From positions 75,089,859 through 75,153,858 of the forward strand of contig NC_057718.1 in the NCBI RefSeq assembly GCF_004010195.1: a stretch of DNA of 64,000 nt, given 5' to 3'. A program made the translations under genes and the position numbers. Each line of letters opens with the position of its first letter. Position 1 is the first letter of the stretch. Origin of the DNA: Chiloscyllium plagiosum (Eukaryota). Shown here piece by piece: positions 1-11,614 of this stretch. The notes below the pieces were generated by a model that was not told the origin of the DNA, did no database searches, and was given only the letters and a program-made list of their open reading frames with translations.

Positions 1-1220
1 TTCGACAAGGTTCCCCATGGGAGACTGATTAGCAAGGTTAGATCTCATGAAATACAGGGAGAACTAGCCATTTGGATACAGAACTGGCTCAAAGGTAGAA
101 GACAGAGAGTGGTGGGGGAGGGTTGTTTTTCAGATTGGAGGTCTGTGACCAGTGGAGTGCCACAAGGATCGGGTGAAGTAGTGAGGACTGTTTTTCAATT
201 GGAGGTCTGTGACCAGTGGAGTGCCACAAGGATCGGTGCTGGGCCCTTTACTTTTTGTCATTTACATAAATGATTTGGATGCGAGCATAAGAGGTACAGT
301 TAGTAAGTTTGCAGATGACACCAAAATTGGAGGTGTGGTGGACAGAGAAGAAGGTTACCTTAGATTACAACAGGATCTGGACCAGATGGGCGAATGGGCT
401 GAGAAGTGGCAGATGGAGTTTAATTCAGATAAATGCGAGGTGCTGCATTTTGGGAAAGCAAATCTTAGCAGGACTTATACACTTAATGGTAAGGTCCTAG
501 GGAGTGTTGCTGAACAATGACACCTTGGAGTGCAGGTTCATAGCTCCTTGAAAGTGGAGTTGCAGGTAAATGGGATAGTGAAGAAGGTGTTTGGTCAGAG
601 TATTGAGTATGAGAGTTGGGAGGTCATGTTGTGGCTGTACAGGACATTGGTTAGGCCACTGTTGGAATATTGTGTGCAATTCTGGTCTCCTTCCTATCGG
701 AAAGATGTTGTGAAATTTGAAAGGGTTCAGAAAAGATTTACAAGGATGTTGCCAGAATTGGAGGATCTGAGCTACAGGGAGAGGCTGAACAGGCTGGGGC
801 TGTTTTCCCTGGAGCGGCGGAGGCTGAGGGTTGACCTTATAGAGGTTTACAAAATTATGAGGGGCATGGATAGGGTAAATGGACAAAGTCTTTTGCCTGG
901 GGTCGGGGAGTCCAGAACCAGAGGGCATAGGTTTAGGATGAGAGGGGAAAGATATAAAAGAGACCTAAGGGGCAACTTTTTCACACAGAGGGTGGTACGT
1001 GTATGGAACGAGCTGCCAGAGGATGTGGTGGAGACTGGTACAATTGCAACATTTAAGAGGCATTTGGATGGGTATATGAATAGGAAGAGTTTGGAGGGAT
1101 ATGGGCTCGGTGCTGGCAGGTGGTACGAGATTGGGTTGAGATATCTGGTCGGCATAGACGGTTGGACCGAAGGGTCTGTTTCCATGCTGTACATCTCTAT
1201 GACTCCAAGACTCTATGACT
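1..1220 (+). mobile_element. CR1-clade LINE, 3' part (RT C-terminal half and 3' UTR), decayed
   Basis: ORFs 209-520 ([20 protein letters not shown]) and 530-1249 (LVRPLLEYCVQFWSP..FFTQRVVRVWNELP); ends in ctctatgact-type tail; truncated by window start. Confidence 0.93.
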
Positions 1221-1699
1221 TTGAGATGTATCTGCTCCCATTGTGGTAAACCTAGATGAATCATTCTGTTGAAAAATGTATTTGTTGGAAAATAAAACAT
1301 TATTGAGAAGTTGAAATAAATATTGATGATTTCCCCATCACATGAAAGGTGGTTCTCCTTGGAGAAAGCGTTATGGAGCAGAAGGATGCCTTTCAGCCCG
1401 ATGTGTCTCCATGATGCTCTGAATGAGAATTATGGCTCACTTAAAAAAAATCAGCTAAAGGTCATTTTTGTTCTGTTTCATGGAAGGTTTTTCTCTGACA
1501 GAGCTAACAAGTGTTCTCATACATTTCCCAATCTTGCCTCATTAATCAGGTACCACACGCTATGCCACCCTCCCTCCTCTTGTGCATGCTGGACTCTCTC
1601 ACTCACCTTAGGCAAATGTACTTACCGGGAGATCCTGGGATCTTTGGCATTGGCGCCATATTTAAAAGCTATTTAGCATCCAGTTAGCCATGGCAGTTG

Positions 1700-2200
1700 G
1701 AATTGAATTGCATGATTAAAGACTTTGAGATAGTAGCCAAGATAATATTGACACTGTCTTGCGGACAGGAAGTTCTTGGGATGGAATGGTGAAGAGAAGG
1801 GATGTCCTCTTTCCCTAGGACAACCAGAAGAGGCCACAACACCAGATGCCACCAAACTAGTCTGGAATTGCCAAGGAGGACAGTGCAGCCTCTGTGATCT
1901 AAAAGAAACATCCAGCAATGTATGATCACTCTCACAAGACAGCTGACCACTTAATTCCCACCTGCAATAAATAGCTATGCTACTCACCTTCATCTCACTT
2001 CCCCCCGACCCACTTTCTCTCATTTGTGGAAGAATCAGCCCATAAGTGGAATGAAGGAGCTAGGTTGGCTGATGGGGTGCCCACCATTCAGCTCCTCACT
2101 TCATACAAGAGGATCTCAGCCTTCACGAGCAATGACTGGGACAGCTCCTGTGGAGATGCTGAAATATCTATGTCCTGGCCAGCAAGTAGGAAGGATTATT
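1700..2200 (+). mobile_element. Possible decayed PIF/Harbinger transposon Myb/SANT-like gene remnant
   Basis: Fragments reading MVKRRDVLF (~1787-1813) and EESAHKWNEGARLADGVPTIQLLTSY..DSSCGDAE (ORF 2026-2274) resemble Harbinger Myb/SANT proteins as I recall them; not verified. Confidence 0.35.
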
Positions 2201-2259
2201 CATTGATGTGTTACTCTCCACCGCTACCATCCTTTCAGATCTTGAATTCCAAATACTTA

Positions 2260-2735
2260 CCACCCTTTGGGTGAAATAATTCTTCCTTAAATCACTCTGG
2301 ACATTCTGCCATTTATATTAAATCAATGCCCTTGGTTATTGACCCGTACACTAAGAGGCAAGTGTCTTTTCCGATCTGTTGTATTTATGCCCCTCAATTT
2401 TATACACAACACATAGGTTCGACCACAGCTGAAGCAAAGTTTTATACAGTTTCATCATACTCTCACTGCTCTTGTATTCAATGCCTTGATTAATGAAGGG
2501 AGAAATTCCATATGTCTTTTTCACCACCTTATTCACCTATCCTGTTGCCTTCAGGATCTATGATCATGTACACTAAGATCTCTCTGATCCTTTGCACTTC
2601 CTAGAGTCCTACCACTTATTTATCCCAAAATATATCACCTCACACATTTCAGGATTAAATTCCTTTTGTCACTGCTTAGCTCATCTGACCAGCCCATCTA
2701 TAACCCTCTATATTCTGAGGCTTTCCTCTTCACTA
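2260..2735 (-). mobile_element. Old CR1 LINE fragment
   Basis: ORF 2351-2536 KVVKKTYGISPFINQGIEYKS..LYKTL is a CR1 ORF2 C-terminal motif. Confidence 0.75.
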
Positions 2736-2739
2736 TTCG

Positions 2740-3510
2740 TAGAACATAGACCATAGAACATTACAGCACAGTACAGGCCCTTCAGCCCTCAATGTTGCGC
2801 CAACCTGCAAAATTAATCTGATGTCCATCTAACCTACACCATTCCATTGTTATCCAAATGTATGTCCAGTGTCCATTAAAATGCCCTAAATTTCAGTGAG
2901 TTTTTTTTTTACGGTTGCAGGCAGGCGTTCCATGCCCCTACTACTCTGAGTAAAGAAACTACCCCTGATATCCCTCCTATATCTATCACCCCTCAATTTA
3001 AAGCTATGTCCCCTCATGTTAGCCTTCACAATCTGAGGAAAAAGGCTCTCAGTGTCCACCCTAACTAACCCTCTGATTATCTTTACGTCTCAATTAAGTC
3101 ACCTCTCAACTTTCTTCTCTCCAATGAAAACAGCCTCAGTTCCCTAAGCTTTTCCTCGTAAGACTTTCCTTCCATACCAGGCAATATCCTCCTAGTAAAT
3201 CTTCTCTGAACTCTTTCTAAAGCTTCCACATTCTTCCTATTATGCGGTGACCAGAACTGTACGCAATACTCCAGGTGTGGCCTTTTGAGTGTCTTGTGCA
3301 GCTGATACATGACCCGTGGCTCCGAAACTGAATCCCCTTATCAATAAACACCAGCACACCATATGCCTTCTTAACAACTCTATCAATTTACGTGGCAACT
3401 TTCAGGGATTTATGCACCAGAATACCGAGACCTCTCTGTTCATCTACACTGCCAAGAATTTTACCATTAGCCCAGTACTCTGCATTCCTGTTATTTCTTC
3501 CGAAATGAAA
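2740..3510 (-). mobile_element. CR1 LINE, 5'-truncated, with 3' tail
   Basis: Reverse (ttctatg)n-like tail at 2740-2760; ORF 3083-3310 RPHLEYCVQFWSP..ALERVQRRFTR. Confidence 0.9.
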
Positions 3511-3721
3511 TAGGCATTTGAATGTGGAGGATGGTGCAGAAAACGTGATATTGCTATGCGAGCCGTGTTTGCAATAAAAATGCCTTTGGAACCAACAAAA
3601 TGGAGGTCTTACTCTACATTAATGCTCATAATCTAAAAAGATATTATGCCATTTCTTTCTTTAGTTGCAACGAAACAATAAGTTCATATATTTAATTACA
3701 GGGTAATTTAAAACTGGAACT

Positions 3722-4033
3722 CAAAGTTTGAGAGAAGATTTGTAGCTCGGGTGCTCGTTGTTGTGGTTCTGTTCGCCGAGCTGGGAATTTGTGTTGCAGA
3801 TGTTTCGTCCCCTGTCTAGGTGACATCCTCAGTGCTTGGGAGCCTCCTGTGAAGCGCTTCTGCGATCTTTCCTCCGGCATTTGTAGTGGTTTGAATCTGC
3901 TGCTTCCGGTTGTCAGTTCCAGCTGTCCGTTGCAGTGGTCAGTATATTGGGTCCAGGTCGATGTGCTTATCAATCGAGACAGGGGACGAAACGTCTGCAA
4001 CACAAATCCCCAGCTCGGCAAACAGAATCACAA
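3722..4033. mobile_element. Penelope-like element (family A), short inverted two-armed insertion
   Basis: Minus arm 3722-3975 and plus arm ~3976-4033 are reverse complements of the same PLE terminus seen at 4620-4968; 13-bp TSD taaaactggaact at 3709-3721 and 4034-4046. Confidence 0.85.
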
Positions 4034-4171
4034 TAAAACTGGAACTGTTGCAGTGGAATAAAAAATTGTAATTATCATGATGACTATATTCCTTTCTGCT
4101 GACCTGACCTGTGACGTCTTGTTTAATTAGATTTTCAACTGTTGTCTGTGGCAAAAGTCTTATTGTGGGTA

Positions 4172-4470
4172 CACAGCATGGTGGCTCAGTACTTAGCACT
4201 GCTGCCTCACAGCGCCAAGGACCCGGGTTCAATTACCGCCTTGGGTGACTCTCTGTGTGGAGTTTGTACATTGTCCCACCTGGTGCTCTGGTTTTCTCCC
4301 ACAGTCTAAAGATGTGCAGGTCAGGAGAATTGACCATGTTAAATTGCCCATAGTGTTAGGTGCATTAGTCGGGGGAATGGGCCTGGGTGAGTTACTCTTC
4401 GGAGGGTCGGTGTGGACTTGTTGGCTGAAGGGCCTGTTTCCATACTGTAAGAAATCTAATCTAATCTAAA
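4172..4470 (+). mobile_element. HE1-like tRNA-derived SINE (V-SINE type)
   Basis: A-box ggtggctcagt, B-box gggttcaattacc, body tgtgtggagtttg, (aatct)n tail. Confidence 0.9.
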
Positions 4471-4473
4471 CCT

Positions 4474-4605
4474 CACTTTTCCACATTAAATTCCATTTGC
4501 CACTTCTCAGCCCAGCTTTGCATCTTATATATGTCCCTCTGTAACCCACAACATCCTTCGGCACTATCCATAACTCTGCCTACCTTAGCGTCATCTGCAA
4601 ATTTA
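4474..4605 (-). mobile_element. CR1 RT fragment
   Basis: KFADDAKVGRVMDSAEGCCGLQRDI..WQMEFNVEK. Confidence 0.85.
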
Positions 4606-4619
4606 CGAAGGATAGTTGG

Positions 4620-4968
4620 TCCAGCTATCCTTAGTAGCCACACACATGACAAACAACATGAATTCGACTGGGACAACACTACTATTATAGGACAAGCTAA
4701 ACAGAGAACAGCCAGGGAATTCCTAGAGGCTTGGCACTCATCCACAGATTCAATCAATAAGCACATCGACCTGGACCCAATATACCGACCACTGCAGCGG
4801 ACAGCTGGAACTGACAACCGGAAGTGGCAGATTCAAACCACTACAAATGCCAGAGGAAAGATCACAGAAGCGCTTCACAGGAGGCTCCCAAGCACTGAGG
4901 ATGTCACCTAGACAGGGGACGAAACGTCTGCAACACAAATTCCCAGCTCGGCGAACAGAACCACAATA
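4620..4968 (+). mobile_element. Penelope-like element (family A), 3' end: GIY-YIG C-terminus and terminal repeat
   Basis: HEFDWDNTTIIGQAKQRTAREFLEAWHS..INKHIDLDPIY, followed by a hammerhead motif. Confidence 0.88.
4892..4931 (+). ncRNA. Minimal type-I hammerhead ribozyme motif (PLE-associated)
   Basis: GCA-CTGAGGA-t-GTCaCCT-agac-AGGgGAC-GAAACGTC-TGC: both core boxes, stems I and II, palindromic ACGT stem III, GUC cleavage triplet. Confidence 0.75.
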
Positions 4969-6204
4969 CACAGCTTTTTTTTTGTTTAGAGGAGGAGAAT
5001 GGGTGGGAGACATTACCTGAGTAGTGTTTTGGGTAAAGCAGCCGTTCAAATATGTGATCTTGTAACCTCTCTGACTGCATCCAGGAACTGAAGAAAAACC
5101 GAAACTAAAAGAAATTTAAATTGTATACTCACGTATCCAGACCTTGGGATCTCTCCGGCTGTGTCCAGGAATTCAGAATACTACCAAATTTTATGTCATG
5201 TGAACTTACTGACCAAACATCTTATATTCAAGTCTAGATCATTAAATGTATTCTGCAAACAACAAGGGACCCAGCGCCAAACCCTGCAGTATCCCACTTG
5301 ATAAAGGTTTCCAATCAGTGACCCTGTCTACTATATCAATGCACTCCCTTTATCTACACACTTCATCACTTCCTCCATACACTCAAACCTGTCAGACATG
5401 ATCTCTCCCTGATAAAGCCTTTTTCTACTAACAGATACAGACCACAGTGAACTTGCTTATAAACACCCTGCTCTGTACACTTGTGTGTCTTTTCTCTCAT
5501 CTTGTTTACAGTCTGAGATAACTCCCAGAAGATTACAGTTCAGTTTGTTGCACTTTTCCATCTTTTTAAAATCCTTCCCTTTGAAGTTTTCTTGACACCT
5601 TGTCAGGTGTGAGATTTGAAGGTCTATTTTCAAAAGTTAAGTGAACAGACAGCAGAAAACCAATATGGGGGGTTGCTGATTGCCTCCAAAAGAACTGTCA
5701 TGGGCAATCACAATTCCCACCTTGAAAAATTAACCATGAATATTTTGCCTCAAAACTTTAGAAATTTGACAATTTAAAACTTCCCTCAATTTCCTTCTGG
5801 AAGGAACGCCATACATTTAATTATTCACTGTCTTAATTAGATAATTTCCAATCATTTCCAATCTATCCCAGTTGTTACATTAATGAGTGCACCTACTATT
5901 AATTATTAATTTAATGGGGAATGAGTGCTCTTGACACAAACTGCTGGCTGACCTGCACAAATAAGCATGATTAATAATGGCATGGGTTTTGAAGATGCAT
6001 TACAACAGACTCAAAACATGGTTCTGTTTCTCTCTCCACAGATGCTGCCAGATCCGATGAGGTTGTCTAGCACTATATTTATTATGATGTATAGTGTAAG
6101 TCACTTACACATCATTATTGTTGCAGGTCCCACATCATTGTCAAAAGTAGTTCCATTGTATATGGGCATCAACATATATACTTCCCCATTTTTACAGAAC
6201 AGAT

Positions 6205-6376
6205 TAACTGGGCACAGATAGGCGGTTTTGTGCGAACGAGAGAGACTCACGTTTGGTATGTTGCCTCCCAGGTGCAAGGGAACGTGATGTCTCTGATCGT
6301 GTTTTCCGGGTCCTTAAGGGGGAGGGGGAGCAACCCGAAGTCGTGGTCCACATTGGCACCAACGAAATAGGTAGGA
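6205..6376 (+). mobile_element. CR1 ORF1 SGNH-esterase fragment
   Basis: VCCLPGARERDVSDRVFRVLKGEGEQPEVVVHIGTNEIGR; runs into the gap. Confidence 0.85.
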
Positions 6377-6835
6377 NNNNNNNNNNNNNNNNNNNNNNNN
6401 NNNNNNNNNNNNNNNNNNNNNNNNNNNNNNNNNNNNNNNNNNNNNNNNNNNNNNNNNNNNNNNNNNNNNNNNNNNNNNNNNNNNNNNNNNNNNNNNNNNN
6501 NNNNNNNNNNNNNNNNNNNNNNNNNNNNNNNNNNNNNNNNNNNNNNNNNNNNNNNNNNNNNNNNNNNNNNNNNNNNNNNNNNNNNNNNNNNNNNNNNNNN
6601 NNNNNNNNNNNNNNNNNNNNNNNNNNNNNNNNNNNNNNNNNNNNNNNNNNNNNNNNNNNNNNNNNNNNNNNNNNNNNNNNNNNNNNNNNNNNNNNNNNNN
6701 NNNNNNNNNNNNNNNNNNNNNNNNNNNNNNNNNNNNNNNNNNNNNNNNNNNNNNNNNNNNNNNNNNNNNNNNNNNNNNNNNNNNNNNNNNNNNNNNNNNN
6801 NNNNNNNNNNNNNNNNNNNNNNNNNNNNNNNNNNN
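6377..6835. other. Assembly gap (N run)
   Basis: 459 consecutive n. Confidence 1.
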
Positions 6836-7001
6836 CACATCTTTGGACTGTGGGAGGAAACCGGAGCACCCGGAGGAAACCCACGCAGACACGGGGAGAA
6901 CGTGCAAACTCCACACAGTCAGTCGCCTGAGGCGGGAATTGAACCCAGGTCTCTGGCGCTGCGAGGCCGCAGTGCTAACCACTGTGCCACCGTACTGCCC
7001 A
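6836..7001 (-). mobile_element. HE1-like SINE, 5' half
   Basis: Reverse complement of the gggcag..cggtggcacagtggttagcactg head; remainder lies in the gap. Confidence 0.9.
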
Positions 7002-7399
7002 CCTTCAACATATCGCTCTACTGTTTAATATTCTAACTCTGTTTTAAACACCTCTTGCATACATCGCTAGATAGGCAAAGACAGAATAAACATGGATGTG
7101 ATGGATGGAGGGGAAGACTGGGAAAGCAGTTGGCTGGTCCCATTTCCAAGAGTTCTCTGAGATAGTCCTTGTGACTGGGGGGGGGGGACATGCTGTTCCT
7201 TGATGTTCGCTCTCTAATGACTTTCACTGGTTTCAAGCAGATTCAGGGAGTCTGCCTTACACTCTGGATCCACTCACTGTTGGATCAGTGTGATGGATGT
7301 CCCCTTGAGAGTCATCGTGAAGACTCAATGATTTCTCCTCAATTCACGGAAGTACATGGGTCATTATTCTAAGTTCATAAAAATTTCTGCACACATACA

Positions 7400-9660
7400 T
7401 GCTGCAATCTGTCCAATTTGACCTATACTTTTTCCTTTAAATCTGCGATAACGCATCTGCTATCACATTGTTATGATCTACAACATTTACAATATGTAAA
7501 TTAAAAGTCTGTAATATAAGACTCCAATGAAACAGTCTCACAGTTTTGACTTTAAATCATTCCAAGAATGTTAGAGGATTGTGATCCATGTACACATCTG
7601 GCTCCGACACATTGTTCATCACATAAACATTAAAATGTTGTAAGGCCAGTACCAAACTCAATAATCCTCTTTCAGTGGTACATTATTTTCTCTGTGAATG
7701 TCAAATTTCTTTGAAAAGTATCTAACTGGCCATTCAATTCCATCATCGACTTCCTGTAGCAGTACAGCTCCAACTCTTATATCGCTAGCATCAAATGCAA
7801 CTTTGAAGGGTTTTAAAAAATTTGGTGTAGCTAAAACTGGTGCCGTGGTTAATACTACTTTTAAATTGTCAAATGCCTCCTGGCATTGTTCCCGCCACCA
7901 AAAATTTGTGTTCATTAGTAAATCTGTTAGCGGTGCCACCATGCTGCTGTAGATTGGAACACACATCCGGTAAAATCCGCTTTGCCCCAAAAATCGAAGC
8001 ACCTTTTTCTTTGAGGATGGTTGTGGAAATTCCTCAATGGCTTTCATCTTCATATTCCTTGGGGTCAGCCTTCCATGACCCATGTTATGTCCCAAGAATG
8101 TCACCTCTGCCTTCGCGAATTCTGTTTTCTTTAAGTTTATTACCTGTTTTGCTTCTCGTAATCGTTCAAAAAGCTCTGCTTGTTGTACTACGCGATCTTT
8201 CCATGACTCACTAACGATCGCTACATCATCCAGCTAAACAGCACAGTTTACTTTCATCCAGCCACAACTCTGTTCATGAGACTTTGGAATGTGGCTGGTG
8301 TGTTCTTCATTCCAAAAGGCATCGCTTTGAATTGATATAGCCCATTTGAGGTGACAAACATGGAAACTTCTTTTGCTCTTTCTAATAAAGGTACCTGCCA
8401 ATTTCCATGCAGTAAGTCAAATGTTGTGATGTAACTGGCTTGTTCAATGTTCTCGTTACAGCCCTCCAATTGTGGTATTGGGTATGAGTCCAATTTTGTT
8501 ACAGCATAGATTTTCTGATAGTCCACACAAAATCATTGAGTCCAGTCAGGTTTGCAAACTAAGACGAGCGGCTATCTTTAATCCCTCTGATTCGGGTTTG
8601 ATGACATCTTTGTTCACTTGCTCCTAGACCTGTGTGGCTTTGAAAGGATTAAGTCTGAATTGGTGTTGTTTTATTGGAACAACATTCCCTTCTTTCACCT
8701 CATGCCCAACAATATTAGTCCTCCCCATTCCTGCATACGTCCTCATACTGCTGCAACAAACTGGGCTCTTTGCTCCTGAGATAGACAGTTCACTAATCAA
8801 TGCCACTCCTCAAAGACTTGCTCATTATTTAACATATTTTGAGACACATCAAACTCCATGACATCTGGATTTGATTCCTCTCTGTGTGGCAGTAACTAAA
8901 ACCTGCTTCTCCAGTTTCCTGTCTATTACCCTAAAGTTTCAACGTCTTTTACGACATACCCAATATAGATTTTTCCTCTCCGGCATCTTTATCTACTGCT
9001 GGTACACAACTAACATATCATCTCCATGGGAAAATGTCTGAGTTTTCAAAATTTTATTTGCCACCTGCTTCATTCTATGCTGCACCCTCTTCTGCTGCAG
9101 TTTAGTTCACTCTCTTACCTGATTTAATGTCTCCCTCACCTCAGATACATAATCCAAGTGTAAGATCTCCAATTTCGGTCCTGTAATGTTTTCTTTAAAT
9201 AATTTCAAAGGACCTCGCACTTCATGTCCAAATATTAACTCAAAGGGAGCAAACTGAGTCAATTCATTTGGGGCATCTCTAATGGCAAACAATACGAATG
9301 GGATACCTTTATCCCAATCATTTGAGTAATCCTCAGGGTCTGATGCCATCTTTCCAAAGCTCCCTGGGATTCAGGATTGTACGCACGCGATTAAAAGTGC
9401 GACATGCCTAAGCTAAGCATGATTTCATTAAACAGCCAAGCATAAGATTTGACCCTTGGTCTGGCCTAATCTCTCTGGGTAGCCCACACCACATGAAAAA
9501 AGATACTAACTCCTCTACCACCTTTTTCGCATTTATATTCTGTAATGGAATTGCCTCCAGAAATCTGGTAGACACATCCATTATGGTTAGCAAGTACTGG
9601 TTCCAAATTTTAGTTTTCCAGAGGGGGCCTACACATTCAATCATAACCCGCATGAAAAGT
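7400..9660 (-). mobile_element. Decayed Gypsy LTR-retrotransposon pol, Gmr1-type domain order (IN-RT-RNase H)
   Basis: Reading the minus strand: integrase (9653-9107; YLLTIMDVSTRF..DQGSN, AYNPESQGALER), then RT (8526-8254; MPFGMKNTPATFQ), then RT/RNase H (8104-7658; DASDIRVGAVLLQE; VYMDHNPLTF ~7570-7600). Confidence 0.85.
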
Positions 9661-9927
9661 TACAAGGGGGCATAGCTTTAAATTAAGGGGTGGTAGGTAT
9701 AGGACAGATGTTAGGGATAGGTTCTTTACTCAGCAAGTCGTGAGTTCATGGAATGCCCTGCCAGTAGCAGTGGTGGACTCTCCCTCATTATGGGCATTTA
9801 AGCGGGCATTGGATAGGCATATGGAGGATAGTGGGCTAGTGTAGGTTAGGTGGGTTTGGATCGGTGCAACATCGAGGGCCAAAGGGCCTGTACTGCGCTG
9901 TATTCTTCTTCTTCTTCTTCTTCTTCT
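9660..9927 (+). mobile_element. Young 5'-truncated CR1 with (TTC)n tail
   Basis: Closely matches 39608-39874; ends gtactgcgctgta(ttc)8. Confidence 0.9.
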
Positions 9928-10454
9928 AACTAATGAGAAAGGCTTACTTCTGAATTTAAGCAGTTGTTGCTAAAACCAAATTATTTGCTTTCAGTTGTTG
10001 TTAGGTTTCCTGTCCAATTGTTGTTCATACCAAATGTAACAGACACTATCAATGCTGAATTACTGAGATAATTTGTAGAGTTTACTTTCTCCGCTTTTTC
10101 TTCAGCCAAAGCTCCTTTGTATTGTTTATGGTAATTTACTGCTGCCTAAGTCATCACTCCTGTTAATACTTTTTTGGGACACAAGACAATCCTCCTTTGA
10201 AGTGCTTGGCTGACATTTTCTTACACTAAAAACCTTCAGTTGACTAATAGCATTCAATTCCTGCCACTTCACAAATGGGAGAAAGACATCATCAAAAGGC
10301 ACCAATAAGGCCATAAAGTAAGTCATTTATGATCCAGAAGGAGTCCATTTCTGCACTCAGATCAATGCTTGTTCCCAGTGGAGCAATTGAGTCAGCTTTG
10401 CAAATTTATGCCCTTCAAATGCTCATCCAATTTTGTTTGAAACCATTGATCATT

Positions 10455-11430
10455 TATAAGAAAATGGGAACAGGAGTAGGCCATTCAGCTGTTCTGCCAT
10501 TCAATGAGGTGACATCTGATCTGTGGCCTAACTCCATTTACTTGTCTTTGGAATTTATTCCTTAGCTATCTCAAATTTAAAATTAACAACTGATCTGGCA
10601 TCAACTGTCATTTATGTGTGGCACAGTGTGTCCCTTTTTGTGTCGCAATGCTTCCTAATATCTTTCTGAATGGTATAGCCTTAATTTTTAGACTGTGCCC
10701 CCTAGTTCTACAATCCCCGACCAGTGGAAATAGTTTATCCTTATTTACCCTGTTGCTTCTTTTTAATATCTTGGAAACGTTGATCAGATCATTCCCTAAC
10801 CTTCTAAATTCTGAAGAAAAAAAAGTTATATCACTCCTTGTCAGAATTTAACCTTGAAGCCCAGATATTGCTTTTGTAAACCTACATTGTACTCCCTCCA
10901 ACGCTGATTTATCCTTCTCAATGTGTGGTACTCAGGTCTGCTCACAGCACTCCAAGTGGAGTTTAAACAGAATATTGTATAACTGCAGCACAATTTCTGT
11001 GTCCTTATTCTCCAGTCCTTTAAATTTAAATGCATTAGTTTTATTTTCTGCACCTTTTCTTTGCATTTTAAAGATCTACACACCTGAACTCCCAAGTGTC
11101 TTTGAACACTCACCTGTAAGTAATTTAATACCAACTAAAAAGTGCCCTGATCTATCCTTCCTCTGTCCAAGAATGGATAACCTTACACTTGCTTACATTG
11201 ACATCCATCTGTCTGAATTTTGGACATTCTTCTAGTCTATCAGTCTACTTTTGTCATGCTCTGTTATCATCTACACATTTTAGAATGTCAACTTGTGTCA
11301 TCAGCAAATCTGGATTTTTTCTGATATATGACTTCTATGCCTTTATCCAAATGACTTAAATATAATGTGAATAATCAAGGCCCAAATATAGATCCTTGTG
11401 GGATATTACTGGCCACATTCTGCCAATTGT
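10455..11430 (-). mobile_element. Old CR1 LINE, 3' part
   Basis: Reverse tail aggagtaggccattcagc; decayed RT motifs (tcagcaaat, gatccttgtggg). Confidence 0.75.
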
Positions 11431-11614
11431 GTTCCTGTAGCTAATCACTTGCATGTATGGAAAGCAATGGGCCTAGCATTGACTCTGAGGAACACCATTG
11501 TCCATCATCCTCTAATCTGAAAAATATCTATTTATTTTTCAGTGAAAAAAACTCACTGTTTTCTGCCTTTAAGCCAATTTTTACCCAATTTGACACCGAC
11601 CCACCTAGACCATA

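Noticed and set aside
497..1300. Antisense ORFs such as MPSGSGLPDPRQK.. (also 25001-25573 and 16744-17313)
   Set aside because: Shadow frames of CR1 ORF2 that recur in every copy; no independent coding evidence
4172..4245. tRNA-like A/B boxes here and in other SINE heads
   Set aside because: tRNA-derived SINE promoters with no complete cloverleaf; not tRNA genes
6204..6982. Long ORFs of 197-236 aa
   Set aside because: Artefacts of translating through the N gap
10011..10320. Splice-like signals on both strands in unique-looking DNA
   Set aside because: The plus-strand candidate (10106-10317) has stops in all frames; the minus-strand candidate lacks a pyrimidine tract; no recognisable peptide
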